A stretch of DNA of 48,449 nt from Promethearchaeia archaeon (GTDB lineage: Archaea > Asgardarchaeota > Lokiarchaeia > Sigyniarchaeales > SOKP01). The position numbers and the translations under genes are program-made. The stretch covers positions 1 to 48,449 of the forward strand of contig JAHQWJ010000030.1 of the NCBI GenBank assembly GCA_029856125.1. Reading direction: 5' to 3'. Shown here piece by piece: positions 39,418 through 48,448 of this stretch. Positions within the stretch are counted from its first letter, which is position 1; each line of letters starts with the position of its first letter. A model generated the notes under the pieces. That model saw nothing but the letters and a program-made list of their open reading frames with translations, was not told the DNA's origin and ran no database searches.

Positions 39418-40338
39418 TTAATAATAGGGCTCTCTGGTATCTACGACCTGTTTAACGATTTTTTCATACATAGATAGTGAGTGATTATTCTTCAAGGCTT
39501 CTTTAATGTTTGTGCCTAAGTCAGACCGAAACAGGCAACCAAATAGATTTCCATCGCAGCCAACCCTAAGTTTTGTGCATCCCATACAAAATTCGTGTCC
39601 GGGAGTAATAGTTTCAACTTTTGCTGAGTTTGGTAGTGTAAACACTTTTCGATTTTGCATGTTACCTCTTACTTTTATGTCTATCGCTTTTCTTTCAAAC
39701 TCTTCTATTAAAGGCGTTACATCGAAATAGTATTTCTCATAGATTCCATTATCTTGACTAATTGATCTAGACACCTCATGTAATTCAATTAGTTGCAGAA
39801 TAAAATCATTTTCAGCGCAAAAATTAACCAAATCATCTACTTCTTGATCATTTATGCCTTTAAGAACTACATAATTCAATTTAATAGGAGTAAGCCCGAT
39901 GTCTTTTGCTATCATCAATCCTTTTAGTACGGTCTCTAAGGAATCAGAACCATATATCTTCTTATAAATATCTGGTTTTAATGTCCCCAACGACACATTA
40001 ATACGGTTTAAACCAGCATCATAAAGATCCTGAGCTTTTTCAATTAAAAAAACGCCGTTTGTTGTCATAGATATATCTTTGTAAAGTTGCAGATCAGAAA
40101 CATTTCTAATAATCTCGACTATTTCTTCTCTGAGTAAAGGCTCTCCGCCAGTAAATTTAATTTTGGTTACTTTTAATATTTGTGCTAATATCCTACAAAG
40201 TTGAGTAATTTCATCAACGCTTAGTTCCGTAGTTTTGGGAATGAATCCTTCTCGATCGCAGTAAATGCAATTATAATTACAATTAGAGGTTACTGAAAAT
40301 CTAATATGCTTTATTTCTCTATTACAGTTGTCTTTCAT
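39418..40338 (-). CDS. moaA: GTP 3',8-cyclase (radical SAM)
   Basis: 'CNYNCIYC', 'TGGEPLLR', 'TTNG', 'FCMGCTKLR...C', archaeal-type end 'REPYY'. Confidence 0.93.
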   Translation of the reverse strand: MKDNCNREIKHIRFSVTSNCNYNCIYCDREGFIPKTTELSVDEITQLCRILAQILKVTKIKFTGGEPLLREEIVEIIRNVSDLQLYKDISMTTNGVFLIEKAQDLYDAGLNRINVSLGTLKPDIYKKIYGSDSLETVLKGLMIAKDIGLTPIKLNYVVLKGINDQEVDDLVNFCAENDFILQLIELHEVSRSISQDNGIYEKYYFDVTPLIEEFERKAIDIKVRGNMQNRKVFTLPNSAKVETITPGHEFCMGCTKLRVGCDGNLFGCLFRSDLGTNIKEALKNNHSLSMYEKIVKQVVDTREPYY

Positions 40339-40347
40339 GCTATTATC

Positions 40348-40779
40348 TTACGTTTTTTTTATTTTTTCATCGACTTTTACTTCAGTTATAACTGTTATCG
40401 GATATTGTCCGTTACTATCTTTCTCATACATCTTTACAACATCCCAAATATTTAATAATGCAATGTTAACACCCATGAGAGCCTCCATTTCTACTCCTGT
40501 TTTTGAAATGCTTTTGACGGTACATCTTACTTTAATAACATTATCGTCTTCGTGATTAAAATCAACATCAACATTACTTATAGGAATGGGGTGACATAAT
40601 GGAATTAAATCGGGGACTTTTTTAACGGCATTAATTGCTGCGATTTTTGCAATAGTAAAGACATCCCCTTTTTTAATGTTTTTATTTTTAATTCTTTCTA
40701 TCGTCTCTTTCTTTAAGTAAATTTTCCCAGACGACGTTGCTATCCTTAATATAGAATCTTTTTCAGATATGTCAATCAT
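40348..40779 (-). CDS. moaC: cyclic pyranopterin monophosphate synthase
   Basis: 'MIDISEK', 'KKGDV', 'LIPLCHP', 'TGVEMEAL', 'WDVVK'. Confidence 0.95.
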   Translation of the reverse strand: MIDISEKDSILRIATSSGKIYLKKETIERIKNKNIKKGDVFTIAKIAAINAVKKVPDLIPLCHPIPISNVDVDFNHEDDNVIKVRCTVKSISKTGVEMEALMGVNIALLNIWDVVKMYEKDSNGQYPITVITEVKVDEKIKKT

Positions 40780-40805
40780 TTTTTCACTAGGAACTTTTTT
40801 TTACA

Positions 40806-40829
40806 CGAACTATCTTAGTGTACATAACG
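40806..40829. promoter_or_regulatory. candidate ModE-like operator upstream of moaC
   Basis: CGAACTATC-N6-TACATAACG between the TATA-like TTTTTATAC (minus strand, ~40837-40845) and the moaC ATG. Confidence 0.35.
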
Positions 40830-40984
40830 AGAGTTTGTATAAAAATTTTATAATTTTAAAATATTATCAGAAATTTAACAATATCCTCAGTTTTAAATAG
40901 ATTAATTGTTTAGGTAAAATTTTTCTTTGATTTTTAGCAATGATTTGAGTTGTTAATTAAAATAGAGGAATTAAAAAGTTTTTT

Positions 40985-41191
40985 GTGTATAGAGGCAAGA
41001 AATACTATTTAGAAGGTGAGGATTCTCTAGCTTTGAATGGTAATGATAATTTGCATAGAAATGAGATTGATGATATCGCGGAGATTCAAAAGTTATCTAA
41101 GTTATCCCATCTAAAGTGCTTGGATCTTAACTCTAATAAAATTCCAGAAATTAACTGTCTCGATCATTATCCTTACAAAAAAAAATATTAA
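40985..41191 (+). pseudogene. truncated LRR gene remnant
   Basis: Only about 1.5 LRR units ('LSHLKCLDLNSNKIPEINCL'); resembles the N-terminus of 26004..26591. Confidence 0.55.
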
Positions 41192-41207
41192 AATTATTTG
41201 AGTCAAA

Positions 41208-41414
41208 TTATTCTCTAACTATTAAATATATAATACAACCGATACACCCAGATAATAATACGATTAATAACCATACAACAGCGTTCATATCCCTTTTCTT
41301 GGCGTCTTTATATACCCATACGGCCAATCCTATAGCAACAATCCAAAAAATGATAAGAGTTATAATTATCCCTAACATCATTGGTGTTATCATTACAACT
41401 GATTGAAAAATCAT
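41208..41414 (-). CDS. small two-TM membrane protein (PLDc_N-like)
   Basis: 'WVYKDAKKRDMNAVVWLLIVLL.G.IG.IIYL'. Confidence 0.75.
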   Translation of the reverse strand: MIFQSVVMITPMMLGIIITLIIFWIVAIGLAVWVYKDAKKRDMNAVVWLLIVLLSGCIGCIIYLIVRE

Positions 41415-41500
41415 TATAATTTCCTCATTTAATATTCAATAAACATTATTCCTCGAAGTAAAGATATCCCAAATTATAATATATACATTTTGGTCAGAAT

Positions 41501-42604
41501 TTACAAAATTTTAACATCAGTCGCCTTGAAATTGATATAAACATCTGTTCCATATTTAATGCCCAATTTTTGCTGAGATAATTTTGTAACGCTTACTAAA
41601 AATCTTTCTGAATTAGTTTTAATAATGACATGGATTAAATTACCAAGATCTCGAATTTCATCAACTTGACCCTTAAATAAATTCAATGAGCTAACATTTT
41701 GAGGGGGATTTTTAGCGAGAATAATACTCTGAGGGTGGATACAAACTTTTACTTTTCCCTCTTTTTGATCCGATGCAGTGATAACAATATCATTAATTTT
41801 GATTTGATTCAGATTTGATGTTGGATCTACTTGAGCGTTACCTGAAAAAATGTTTTCGTAGCCTACAAAATATGCTGTGAATTCGTCTTTAGGAGATTGA
41901 AATATTACGCTTGGAGAATTAATTTGATTAATTTTACCTTCATTTAAAACCGCTATTCTATCCGCTAACCTTATTGCTTCATATCGATCGTGAGTGCTTA
42001 ATATGATTGTTTTTTCTTTATTTTGTTTGATTTTATTAATAAAACGATCTAGAATCTTAACATTCATTGGATCCAAATTTGCTGAAACCTCATCAAGGAG
42101 GTAAATTTCAGGTGTAATAATGAAATTCATCGCGATTACTACTCTCTGCATTTCTCCTCCTGACAATGCTCTCGCGTTTTTGTTTTCCATACCAGAGAGC
42201 CCTACAGATTCAATCATTTCTTCAACTAGATGTTTGTATTGATCGTATTTCATTCCTCTAACTTTCAATCCATAAGCGATATTCTCAAAAACTGAAGCAT
42301 CTCTAACTAAGGGTTTTTGCCTTACAAATGATAGTTTTCTTCGATAGAGTGTTTTTTCTTTTCGTGATAAATTTGTTATATCTTTTCCCAGATATCTTAT
42401 TTCCCCTTGCGTTGGAGATTCGAGTAACCCTAAAATTCTCAATAAAGTAGTCTTTCCACTTCCATTTGGGCCGATTATGGCAAAATTTTCTCCCTTGTTA
42501 ATAGAAAGGTTAATATTTGAAAGTACTGAGATTACATTACCATCTTTTTTAGAAAAATCTTTTGATAGGTTTTTCACTTCAAGCAGGCTCACTCTATTTA
42601 TCAC
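41501..42604 (-). CDS. tupC: tungstate/molybdate ABC transporter ATPase with C-terminal TOBE domain
   Basis: GPNGSGKT, LSGGEMQR, LLDE, 'STH'; TOBE-like 'SSLNLFKGQV...INFKATDV'. Confidence 0.85.
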   Translation of the reverse strand: MINRVSLLEVKNLSKDFSKKDGNVISVLSNINLSINKGENFAIIGPNGSGKTTLLRILGLLESPTQGEIRYLGKDITNLSRKEKTLYRRKLSFVRQKPLVRDASVFENIAYGLKVRGMKYDQYKHLVEEMIESVGLSGMENKNARALSGGEMQRVVIAMNFIITPEIYLLDEVSANLDPMNVKILDRFINKIKQNKEKTIILSTHDRYEAIRLADRIAVLNEGKINQINSPSVIFQSPKDEFTAYFVGYENIFSGNAQVDPTSNLNQIKINDIVITASDQKEGKVKVCIHPQSIILAKNPPQNVSSLNLFKGQVDEIRDLGNLIHVIIKTNSERFLVSVTKLSQQKLGIKYGTDVYINFKATDVKIL

Positions 42605-43289
42605 CCCCCTGTAATCGCGTTAAACCGTAATTTAATATGAAAGATATAGATATTAGAATGATACCTAACGCTATAGCCATTCCAAATTCACCCATACGTG
42701 TTTGCAATACAATTGAAGTAGTAAACGTTCTCGTCGCCCACCGAATGTTTCCACCTACAATCATTACAGCCCCAACTTCAGATATTGCTTGACCAAAAGC
42801 TACGAGAAATCCCGCAATAATCGATTTTTTTGAATGTTTGATTAATTCCCACCAAAGTTGCCGTTCATTAGCCCCCAAAGAAAGTACCGTTTCTTTCAAG
42901 GCGGGATCTACACTTTCTATTGCTGCCTTTCCGGTTCCAATTATGATTGGTACCGCTAAAAGGAATTGAGCAATAATCATAGCAGTTGTTGAATATAACA
43001 ACCCTAACGATCCGAATATTCCTCCAGCAGATAGTAGTAAAAATACAATAAGCCCCATTACTACAGGTGGAAATCCCATAAAAGTATTTATTAAATTGCT
43101 AAGAAATCTTTTTCCTCGGAATTCTCTTAAACCAATAAATGAACCAATTGGTAAAGAGACTAAAGCTGCTAAAAAAGTAGAAGTTAAAGAAACGCGAAAT
43201 GAGACTTCAATCACGCCCCAGACTTCTGGATTTAAAGTAAATATTAAATAAATCGCTTCTAAAATTCCTTCTATAATTTCATTTGACAT
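42594..43289 (-). CDS. tupB: tungstate ABC transporter permease
   Basis: 'NTFMGFPPVVMGL', 'ISEVGAVMIVGGNI..TR..TTSI'. Confidence 0.9.
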   Translation of the reverse strand: MSNEIIEGILEAIYLIFTLNPEVWGVIEVSFRVSLTSTFLAALVSLPIGSFIGLREFRGKRFLSNLINTFMGFPPVVMGLIVFLLLSAGGIFGSLGLLYSTTAMIIAQFLLAVPIIIGTGKAAIESVDPALKETVLSLGANERQLWWELIKHSKKSIIAGFLVAFGQAISEVGAVMIVGGNIRWATRTFTTSIVLQTRMGEFGMAIALGIILISISFILNYGLTRLQGGDK

Positions 43290-43301
43290 TTTTTTTTCTA
43301 T

Positions 43302-44312
43302 TTAAGCAAATTCTTGTTGGTAACTTGTCCAAAAAGAAACTTCTTCTTCAGTAGTTGGGCAGTTATGAGTTGTATTACACATCCCAAAGGCAGCATGGAA
43401 TAGTTTTTCTCCGTTTTTTGTATAAGAATCTATTAAGTTTTGCCCATAGTCTGAAGTCAGAAATCCAACAAATCTCAATACGCTACTATATTTAACGTGT
43501 GAATGTAAGTCTGGATTTACGGGGATTACGCCATAAGGATTAAGTAAGTGATCCTCCCCTATAACTGATTCAGCTAAGATTTTTAGAGATGTATAGGTAT
43601 CATTGAAAGAAAGCCAAGTACCTCGATCAATTAAAGTATATCCCTGGTTATTTGCATCCTGAAAAGTCATTTGTAAAGTAGTTGCCATTCCTTGTCCAGT
43701 TTCTGTGTATTTATCAGGCTGTCCAAACCAGTCCACTTCTGGAATAACACTGATTAGTGACCATAAAAATAATTCTTTGGAATAAGTACCTGAGCCGTCA
43801 CCTCGAGAGTAAAATGTTGAATTGCCTGCATCTATACCCTCTTTTAATTTTGTCATAACAATTGTAATGTTGTCGTTTGGTAATAATTCTGCAGGGTTAC
43901 TTTCGTGACCAACTATAATAAAATCATTGTACATGACACATGCTCTATTTATCCCGTAAGGAGTTTGTCCATCGCTATCGTTTACAAAAATATCTTCTCT
44001 AGACCTAGAATGTACGAGTATTACATCTACATCGCCACTCTCTCCATATACTAGTGCTTGTCCCGTTCCAACTGATAGAACTGAAACCTCGATACCAGTT
44101 TTTTGAGTGAATTCAGGCAACAAATAATCTAATAATCCAGAATCATACGTAGAAGTTGTAGTGGCAAGGGTAATTCGAGTTGGATTTCGAGCGGATAATA
44201 ATTCGATTATAAAAAAAGTTCCGAAAGAACCTCCAATTATGAGAATAAAAATAATTAAAACTACAGTTTTGTGCTCACTAATTATAGTTTTTAATGTTCT
44301 CCTCTTACTCAA
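43302..44312 (-). CDS. tupA: tungstate ABC transporter substrate-binding protein
   Basis: TupA signature 'LATTTSTYDSGLL', 'GTGQAL', 'MYNDFIIVG', 'SRGDGSGT', 'DRGTW', 'LLNPY'; N-terminal TM anchor. Confidence 0.92.
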   Translation of the reverse strand: MSKRRTLKTIISEHKTVVLIIFILIIGGSFGTFFIIELLSARNPTRITLATTTSTYDSGLLDYLLPEFTQKTGIEVSVLSVGTGQALVYGESGDVDVILVHSRSREDIFVNDSDGQTPYGINRACVMYNDFIIVGHESNPAELLPNDNITIVMTKLKEGIDAGNSTFYSRGDGSGTYSKELFLWSLISVIPEVDWFGQPDKYTETGQGMATTLQMTFQDANNQGYTLIDRGTWLSFNDTYTSLKILAESVIGEDHLLNPYGVIPVNPDLHSHVKYSSVLRFVGFLTSDYGQNLIDSYTKNGEKLFHAAFGMCNTTHNCPTTEEEVSFWTSYQQEFA

Positions 44313-44358
44313 GTTATTTTCACAGATTTTATGATTTTAACATAGTTTTTAATTTTTC

Positions 44359-44387
44359 GAGTTTCCACTTCTCTCAAGTGGAAATTC
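44359..44387. promoter_or_regulatory. 12-bp inverted repeat upstream of tupA
   Basis: GAGTTTCCACTT-CTCTC-AAGTGGAAATTC (9 perfect pairs, 12 with one mismatch). Confidence 0.55.
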
Positions 44388-44493
44388 TAGCAATATGTTG
44401 AAAAAAAAAATTCATAACTTAAAAAATTATGCGTTTGGTTTGATCGGTAATAACGATAAAAACCTGTAAGAGTATAAAAAATGGTGATTTAAT

Positions 44494-46251
44494 TTAGATT
44501 ACAACTACAAGATCTTCTTCTTTTTTCTCACTTATTCTCTTCTTAAATTTCCGCAATAACCCTGAAAATTTCATTGGTTTTTCTTTATAATCAAGGTCAT
44601 TTAAAGCTTGTTCTTGATATACTCTAACAATCTCGTTAGAAAGTTCTTGCCAATCCCTGCAGATACTTAATGTTATTTCATCACTCCTTAAAAGAGTTTC
44701 ATGAGAAATAATCTTTGCAAACTCTTTTGCTAAGGGTTCTACGATACTCTGATCAGCCCCTTCAAGTACATCTCTGATAAAATCTTCCGCAGAATACCAT
44801 TCGGCGACTCTTTGAAGATCACGATGAATTTGAGTGAGTAGAACATTTCTGGGTCCTTCCCAAAGTTCCATTATCATAGAATCTCTGTGGAGTCGTGGTA
44901 ATGCTATGAAATCCTCCATTATTCCATGGCCACCAAAGAAAGAAATAGCCATACGTATCAGAGCAGGAGCCTCATCAGCAACAACAATCTTGCATAGCAT
45001 TATAAGCTCACGTAATCTGAATCGTCGTTTGCGTTCATCGACATTATCTATTTGCTGTAACTCTCTTATCCCACTAATTAATTCCTCGCCAAAATGAATA
45101 AACTCTGAATATAGCTTAAATGCACCTGCAGTTGATCTCATGACAGCATGTTTTAAATCATTAATCTGATTCATCATTAGCGGAAAAGATGCAATAGGAA
45201 CTCCAAAGGCAGTTCTAAATTGAGCATATAAGATAGCTTCCCTTGCAACACGAAGACCCCCTGCTGCCATACCAAAAGCAATATGAAGTCTCGATAGAGA
45301 AAGAACAATTCCAACGACATCTGCTAATCCTTTCTCATGAGGTCCTACAGGATATGCAACGGCACCATTATATGTAATCTCCGCTGTGGGGAGTTCAGCA
45401 GTACCTAGTTTCTGTTTGAGTCGATCAATAGTATATGAATTTCTAACCCCCTTTTCTTTATTTCCAGGAAGCCAAGCTGGAACAGCAAATGCAGCGACTC
45501 TTGTCGATGATGGAACACCCTTAGGTTTTGCTGTGACGATCGCATAATCTGCTTGCATTGCAGAACAGAAAAATTTTTGACCGTATATACGCCAGCAATT
45601 TGAAATTCCATCGGGACCCTCCGCCTCCTCATAAACAGCTTCTACCAAATTAACTGGAACATCACTTCCTCCTTGAATTTCACTAATAAATTGCGAGCCT
45701 AAACTATATTCTCCATTTATACCATCTCGAACGGCTGTGAGACATGCTTTTGCTTCTGAACTTAATTCATTTTCATATTTTTGCATTAACCAGACCATTC
45801 CATGAGTACAAGCAACAGGACACATAACACCCACCTCTCCCAACTGATATAGGAGAGACATTTTAGCAAATCTACTCCAAGCGGTATTTCTATTAGGGTC
45901 GAATAAACCTAAACTAAATACTCCCTTTTCAAGCTGCTCGGTCTCAGCAGCCCTTTTAATCCTATCTATTCGATGATTATGTCCATCATAATGTTGTATG
46001 ACTGTGCATTTCGCCCGATTCTCAAGTCGAGTTGCCTCATCTGCTAAATCCCTCCAAAGGTAGGAAGCTTTATCCGACAACTCTTTAAGTTCAGCATCTA
46101 TTCTCTCGAATTCAGAACCCGTATATTTTTTAATTAATGCTTGAAAAAATTCATCATCTCTATAGAAATTAAATTGATTTTTAACGAATAAATAATCATC
46201 AAATGAATATGGGTTGTTTCTATCACCCTCAGTACTTTCTTGTGCACACAT
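44494..46251 (-). CDS. acyl-CoA dehydrogenase, AidB-like
   Basis: 'CPVACT', 'SEIQGGSDV', 'IYGQKFFCS', 'RLKQKLGT', 'RTAFG', 'GGHG', 'WEGPRN'. Confidence 0.9.
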   Translation of the reverse strand: MCAQESTEGDRNNPYSFDDYLFVKNQFNFYRDDEFFQALIKKYTGSEFERIDAELKELSDKASYLWRDLADEATRLENRAKCTVIQHYDGHNHRIDRIKRAAETEQLEKGVFSLGLFDPNRNTAWSRFAKMSLLYQLGEVGVMCPVACTHGMVWLMQKYENELSSEAKACLTAVRDGINGEYSLGSQFISEIQGGSDVPVNLVEAVYEEAEGPDGISNCWRIYGQKFFCSAMQADYAIVTAKPKGVPSSTRVAAFAVPAWLPGNKEKGVRNSYTIDRLKQKLGTAELPTAEITYNGAVAYPVGPHEKGLADVVGIVLSLSRLHIAFGMAAGGLRVAREAILYAQFRTAFGVPIASFPLMMNQINDLKHAVMRSTAGAFKLYSEFIHFGEELISGIRELQQIDNVDERKRRFRLRELIMLCKIVVADEAPALIRMAISFFGGHGIMEDFIALPRLHRDSMIMELWEGPRNVLLTQIHRDLQRVAEWYSAEDFIRDVLEGADQSIVEPLAKEFAKIISHETLLRSDEITLSICRDWQELSNEIVRVYQEQALNDLDYKEKPMKFSGLLRKFKKRISEKKEEDLVVVI

Positions 46252-46427
46252 ATTTATTTCACTACTCTTCTTTCTTTATTAAAAATTTTTAGAAAGTCTT
46301 GTTATTTAAATCTAAGCGGACTAGTTTAAATTTTTATGTGAAAATTTACAAATATATCAAGGTCAATTTTGCATAAAGTTGATTGGAGGTAAGAATTTTA
46401 TAAAATGATTTAACAAAATAACAAAAA

Positions 46428-47348
46428 TTAGGTGAAATTAAACAAATTTCTCGCTTTATCAACGGTACTGGAATCAAATTTCCTAAATAAAGCATATGCA
46501 GTAATTGGCACGACACAGCCACAATTTTCGCATAAACGTGGTGAATTTCCCATGACACAAAACTTTTGTTTTCCATCAGGATAGAAACTTTTTATATAAC
46601 CAGTTTTAAATATGCAATGTGGCACAAATTCTTTTGACTTGTATATTTCTAACATTTTTTTGGAATAAAAAATAAAATCTCCATATTCACGCATTACTTT
46701 TAAAATATCTTTTATAGTCTTTTTTAATATACTACCATTTAATAAAAGTGGGCTGTCAGGATAGTCGGTATAAAATTGAAGGATTAATCCAGAAGCACCG
46801 TTATCGTGAGCAATCTTAACAATATCTTCAATTTCCTTATAATTTAATGTCATGATGGTTGTTGTAACGACCGGATTGTTCTCCCGAATATTTTCTATAA
46901 CTTTATCAAAGACCTTTGCACCTCTTATCTTATCATGAGTTTCCTTGGTACCATCTATACTTACCCAGTATTTCGGTTGTTTATATCCATTAAATCGAGG
47001 TAATTTTATAATTCCATTTGATACAACCTGAACTGAGGGAAAAATTTTAATCGCTTCTTTTATAACATCCATTCTTAAAGTAGGTTCTCCACCGGTTAAA
47101 ACAGCTATTTTTGTTCCTAATTTTCTATGGTATTTAAAAACTTTAATCCATTCTTCGTCCGATAACTCCGTCCTTTTATTTTTTAATTCCTTTGTTGATG
47201 AGAAAAAATAACAATGCTTACATTTTAAGTTACATTGCCAAGTTAAATCATAATTCACATATAGCGGAACTTTTCTTACTATTGCCTGTAAAAATGATGG
47301 ACCCATGGAAGCAAAACTTATTATATTTTTCACAGTAAAAAGTCCCAT
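46428..47348 (-). CDS. radical SAM protein with C-terminal Cys-rich (SPASM/twitch-like) region
   Basis: 'CNLKCKHC', 'LTGGEP', 'VSIDG..ETHDKIRG', 'C..CGC'; ATG at 47348 preferred over GTG at 47384. Confidence 0.85.
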   Translation of the reverse strand: MGLFTVKNIISFASMGPSFLQAIVRKVPLYVNYDLTWQCNLKCKHCYFFSSTKELKNKRTELSDEEWIKVFKYHRKLGTKIAVLTGGEPTLRMDVIKEAIKIFPSVQVVSNGIIKLPRFNGYKQPKYWVSIDGTKETHDKIRGAKVFDKVIENIRENNPVVTTTIMTLNYKEIEDIVKIAHDNGASGLILQFYTDYPDSPLLLNGSILKKTIKDILKVMREYGDFIFYSKKMLEIYKSKEFVPHCIFKTGYIKSFYPDGKQKFCVMGNSPRLCENCGCVVPITAYALFRKFDSSTVDKARNLFNFT

Positions 47349-47456
47349 AATCAATATAAGATTCGATGTTTTAAATATAAGCACTTCAAAACAAATAGAA
47401 CTGGGATTGTAATTATTTTTAAAGAAATAAAATATTAATAATAAAATAAAAATAAG

Positions 47457-48194
47457 TTAAGGCATAGTTATAATATTGGAATCTTCATCGAGATTGATTA
47501 TTCCTTTAACAGCTAGCTGCTTAATTGTCCGCACTGCCATAATAGGCGGGACAGAAAGAAGTTTCTTTAACTCATTAAGGTTGCAGCTTCCCTGAGCCAT
47601 GATCGTTGCTAATATATCGACTTCAGATATTTCTTCCTCAGAATTCTCTATTAAAAACGATGTAAAATAGTTATCCCTTTTCAAATGATTTAGTTTTAAG
47701 TCTAAATCCTTCATCTTTTCTTCGGAATATTCTGTTCTTAAATGTCTTTCGCGGTTTTCGTTGTCTATCTTTTTTTGATCTAATAGATTGTTATCCTCTT
47801 CCTTCGAAACAATTTTGTTGTTAATAAATTTTAGTTTCGACTGAAGATCTTCAAGTTCTAACTTCGGTCCTTTTAGATCGTCGCTGATTTGTTCAATAGA
47901 TTTTTGTAGTTCTGAAGTCTTTGCTTGTAAGCCATTTTTAGACGACTTTAAGACTTCTATTTGTTTTGCTAGGTCATCCGATTTTGTGTTGAGTTCTGTT
48001 AGTTCATTATTTTGGATTTCGATCTTCTCTTCAAGCTTTTTAACATCTTCTTGTTCAAGTTGCATCTTTTTCCAAGTTAAGCTCAAATTCTGAATAATAT
48101 TTTCACTGTTTTTTTGAATTGCTTGTAGGTATTCGTCGAAGTACTTCTCGAGCTGTTCAATTGTTCCTAAAATGTCGTTTAAGTTCGAACTCAT
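47457..48194 (-). CDS. long coiled-coil protein with C-terminal winged helix
   Basis: Heptad pattern over about aa 1-175; then 'ILATIMAQGSCNLNELKKLLSVPPIMAVRTIKQLAVKGIINLD'. Confidence 0.75.
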   Translation of the reverse strand: MSSNLNDILGTIEQLEKYFDEYLQAIQKNSENIIQNLSLTWKKMQLEQEDVKKLEEKIEIQNNELTELNTKSDDLAKQIEVLKSSKNGLQAKTSELQKSIEQISDDLKGPKLELEDLQSKLKFINNKIVSKEEDNNLLDQKKIDNENRERHLRTEYSEEKMKDLDLKLNHLKRDNYFTSFLIENSEEEISEVDILATIMAQGSCNLNELKKLLSVPPIMAVRTIKQLAVKGIINLDEDSNIITMP

Positions 48195-48448
48195 TAGAAA
48201 TCGACCTCCTCTTTTAAAGTGATTGTACCAGAAGATTGGTCGTATTCAATAGGAGCATTATCTTCAAGCATTTTTGTAATTATTTTGCGTGCTTGCTCTT
48301 CTTTCATATCAATGGCAACTAGAATATTTCTAAGGTCTAAAGAACTTCCTACTTGTAGAGCTTTAATAAACTGGTAAAGTTGGGAAGTTATGTATTTTCT
48401 CTTTATCAAAACCTTCATAGCTGCGACTCTAATCTCGTAGGATTCAAC
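48194..48448 (-). CDS. C-terminal part of a protein ending in a winged helix (5' end beyond window)
   Basis: Frame open to the window edge; 'LDLRNILVAIDMKEEQARKIITKML..PIEYD...TITL'; TAATG coupling to the next gene. Confidence 0.7.
   Translation of the reverse strand, partial: VESYEIRVAAMKVLIKRKYITSQLYQFIKALQVGSSLDLRNILVAIDMKEEQARKIITKMLEDNAPIEYDQSSGTITLKEEVDF

Noticed and set aside
95-46576. Numerous short antisense or overlapping ORFs in the six-frame track (e.g. 827..1147, 1526..1945, 2804..3118, 6643..7011, 14583..14942, 29590..29952, 35143..35514)
   Set aside because: They lie opposite or inside well-supported genes, have shadow-ORF composition (Ser/Ile/Phe-rich) and carry no motifs
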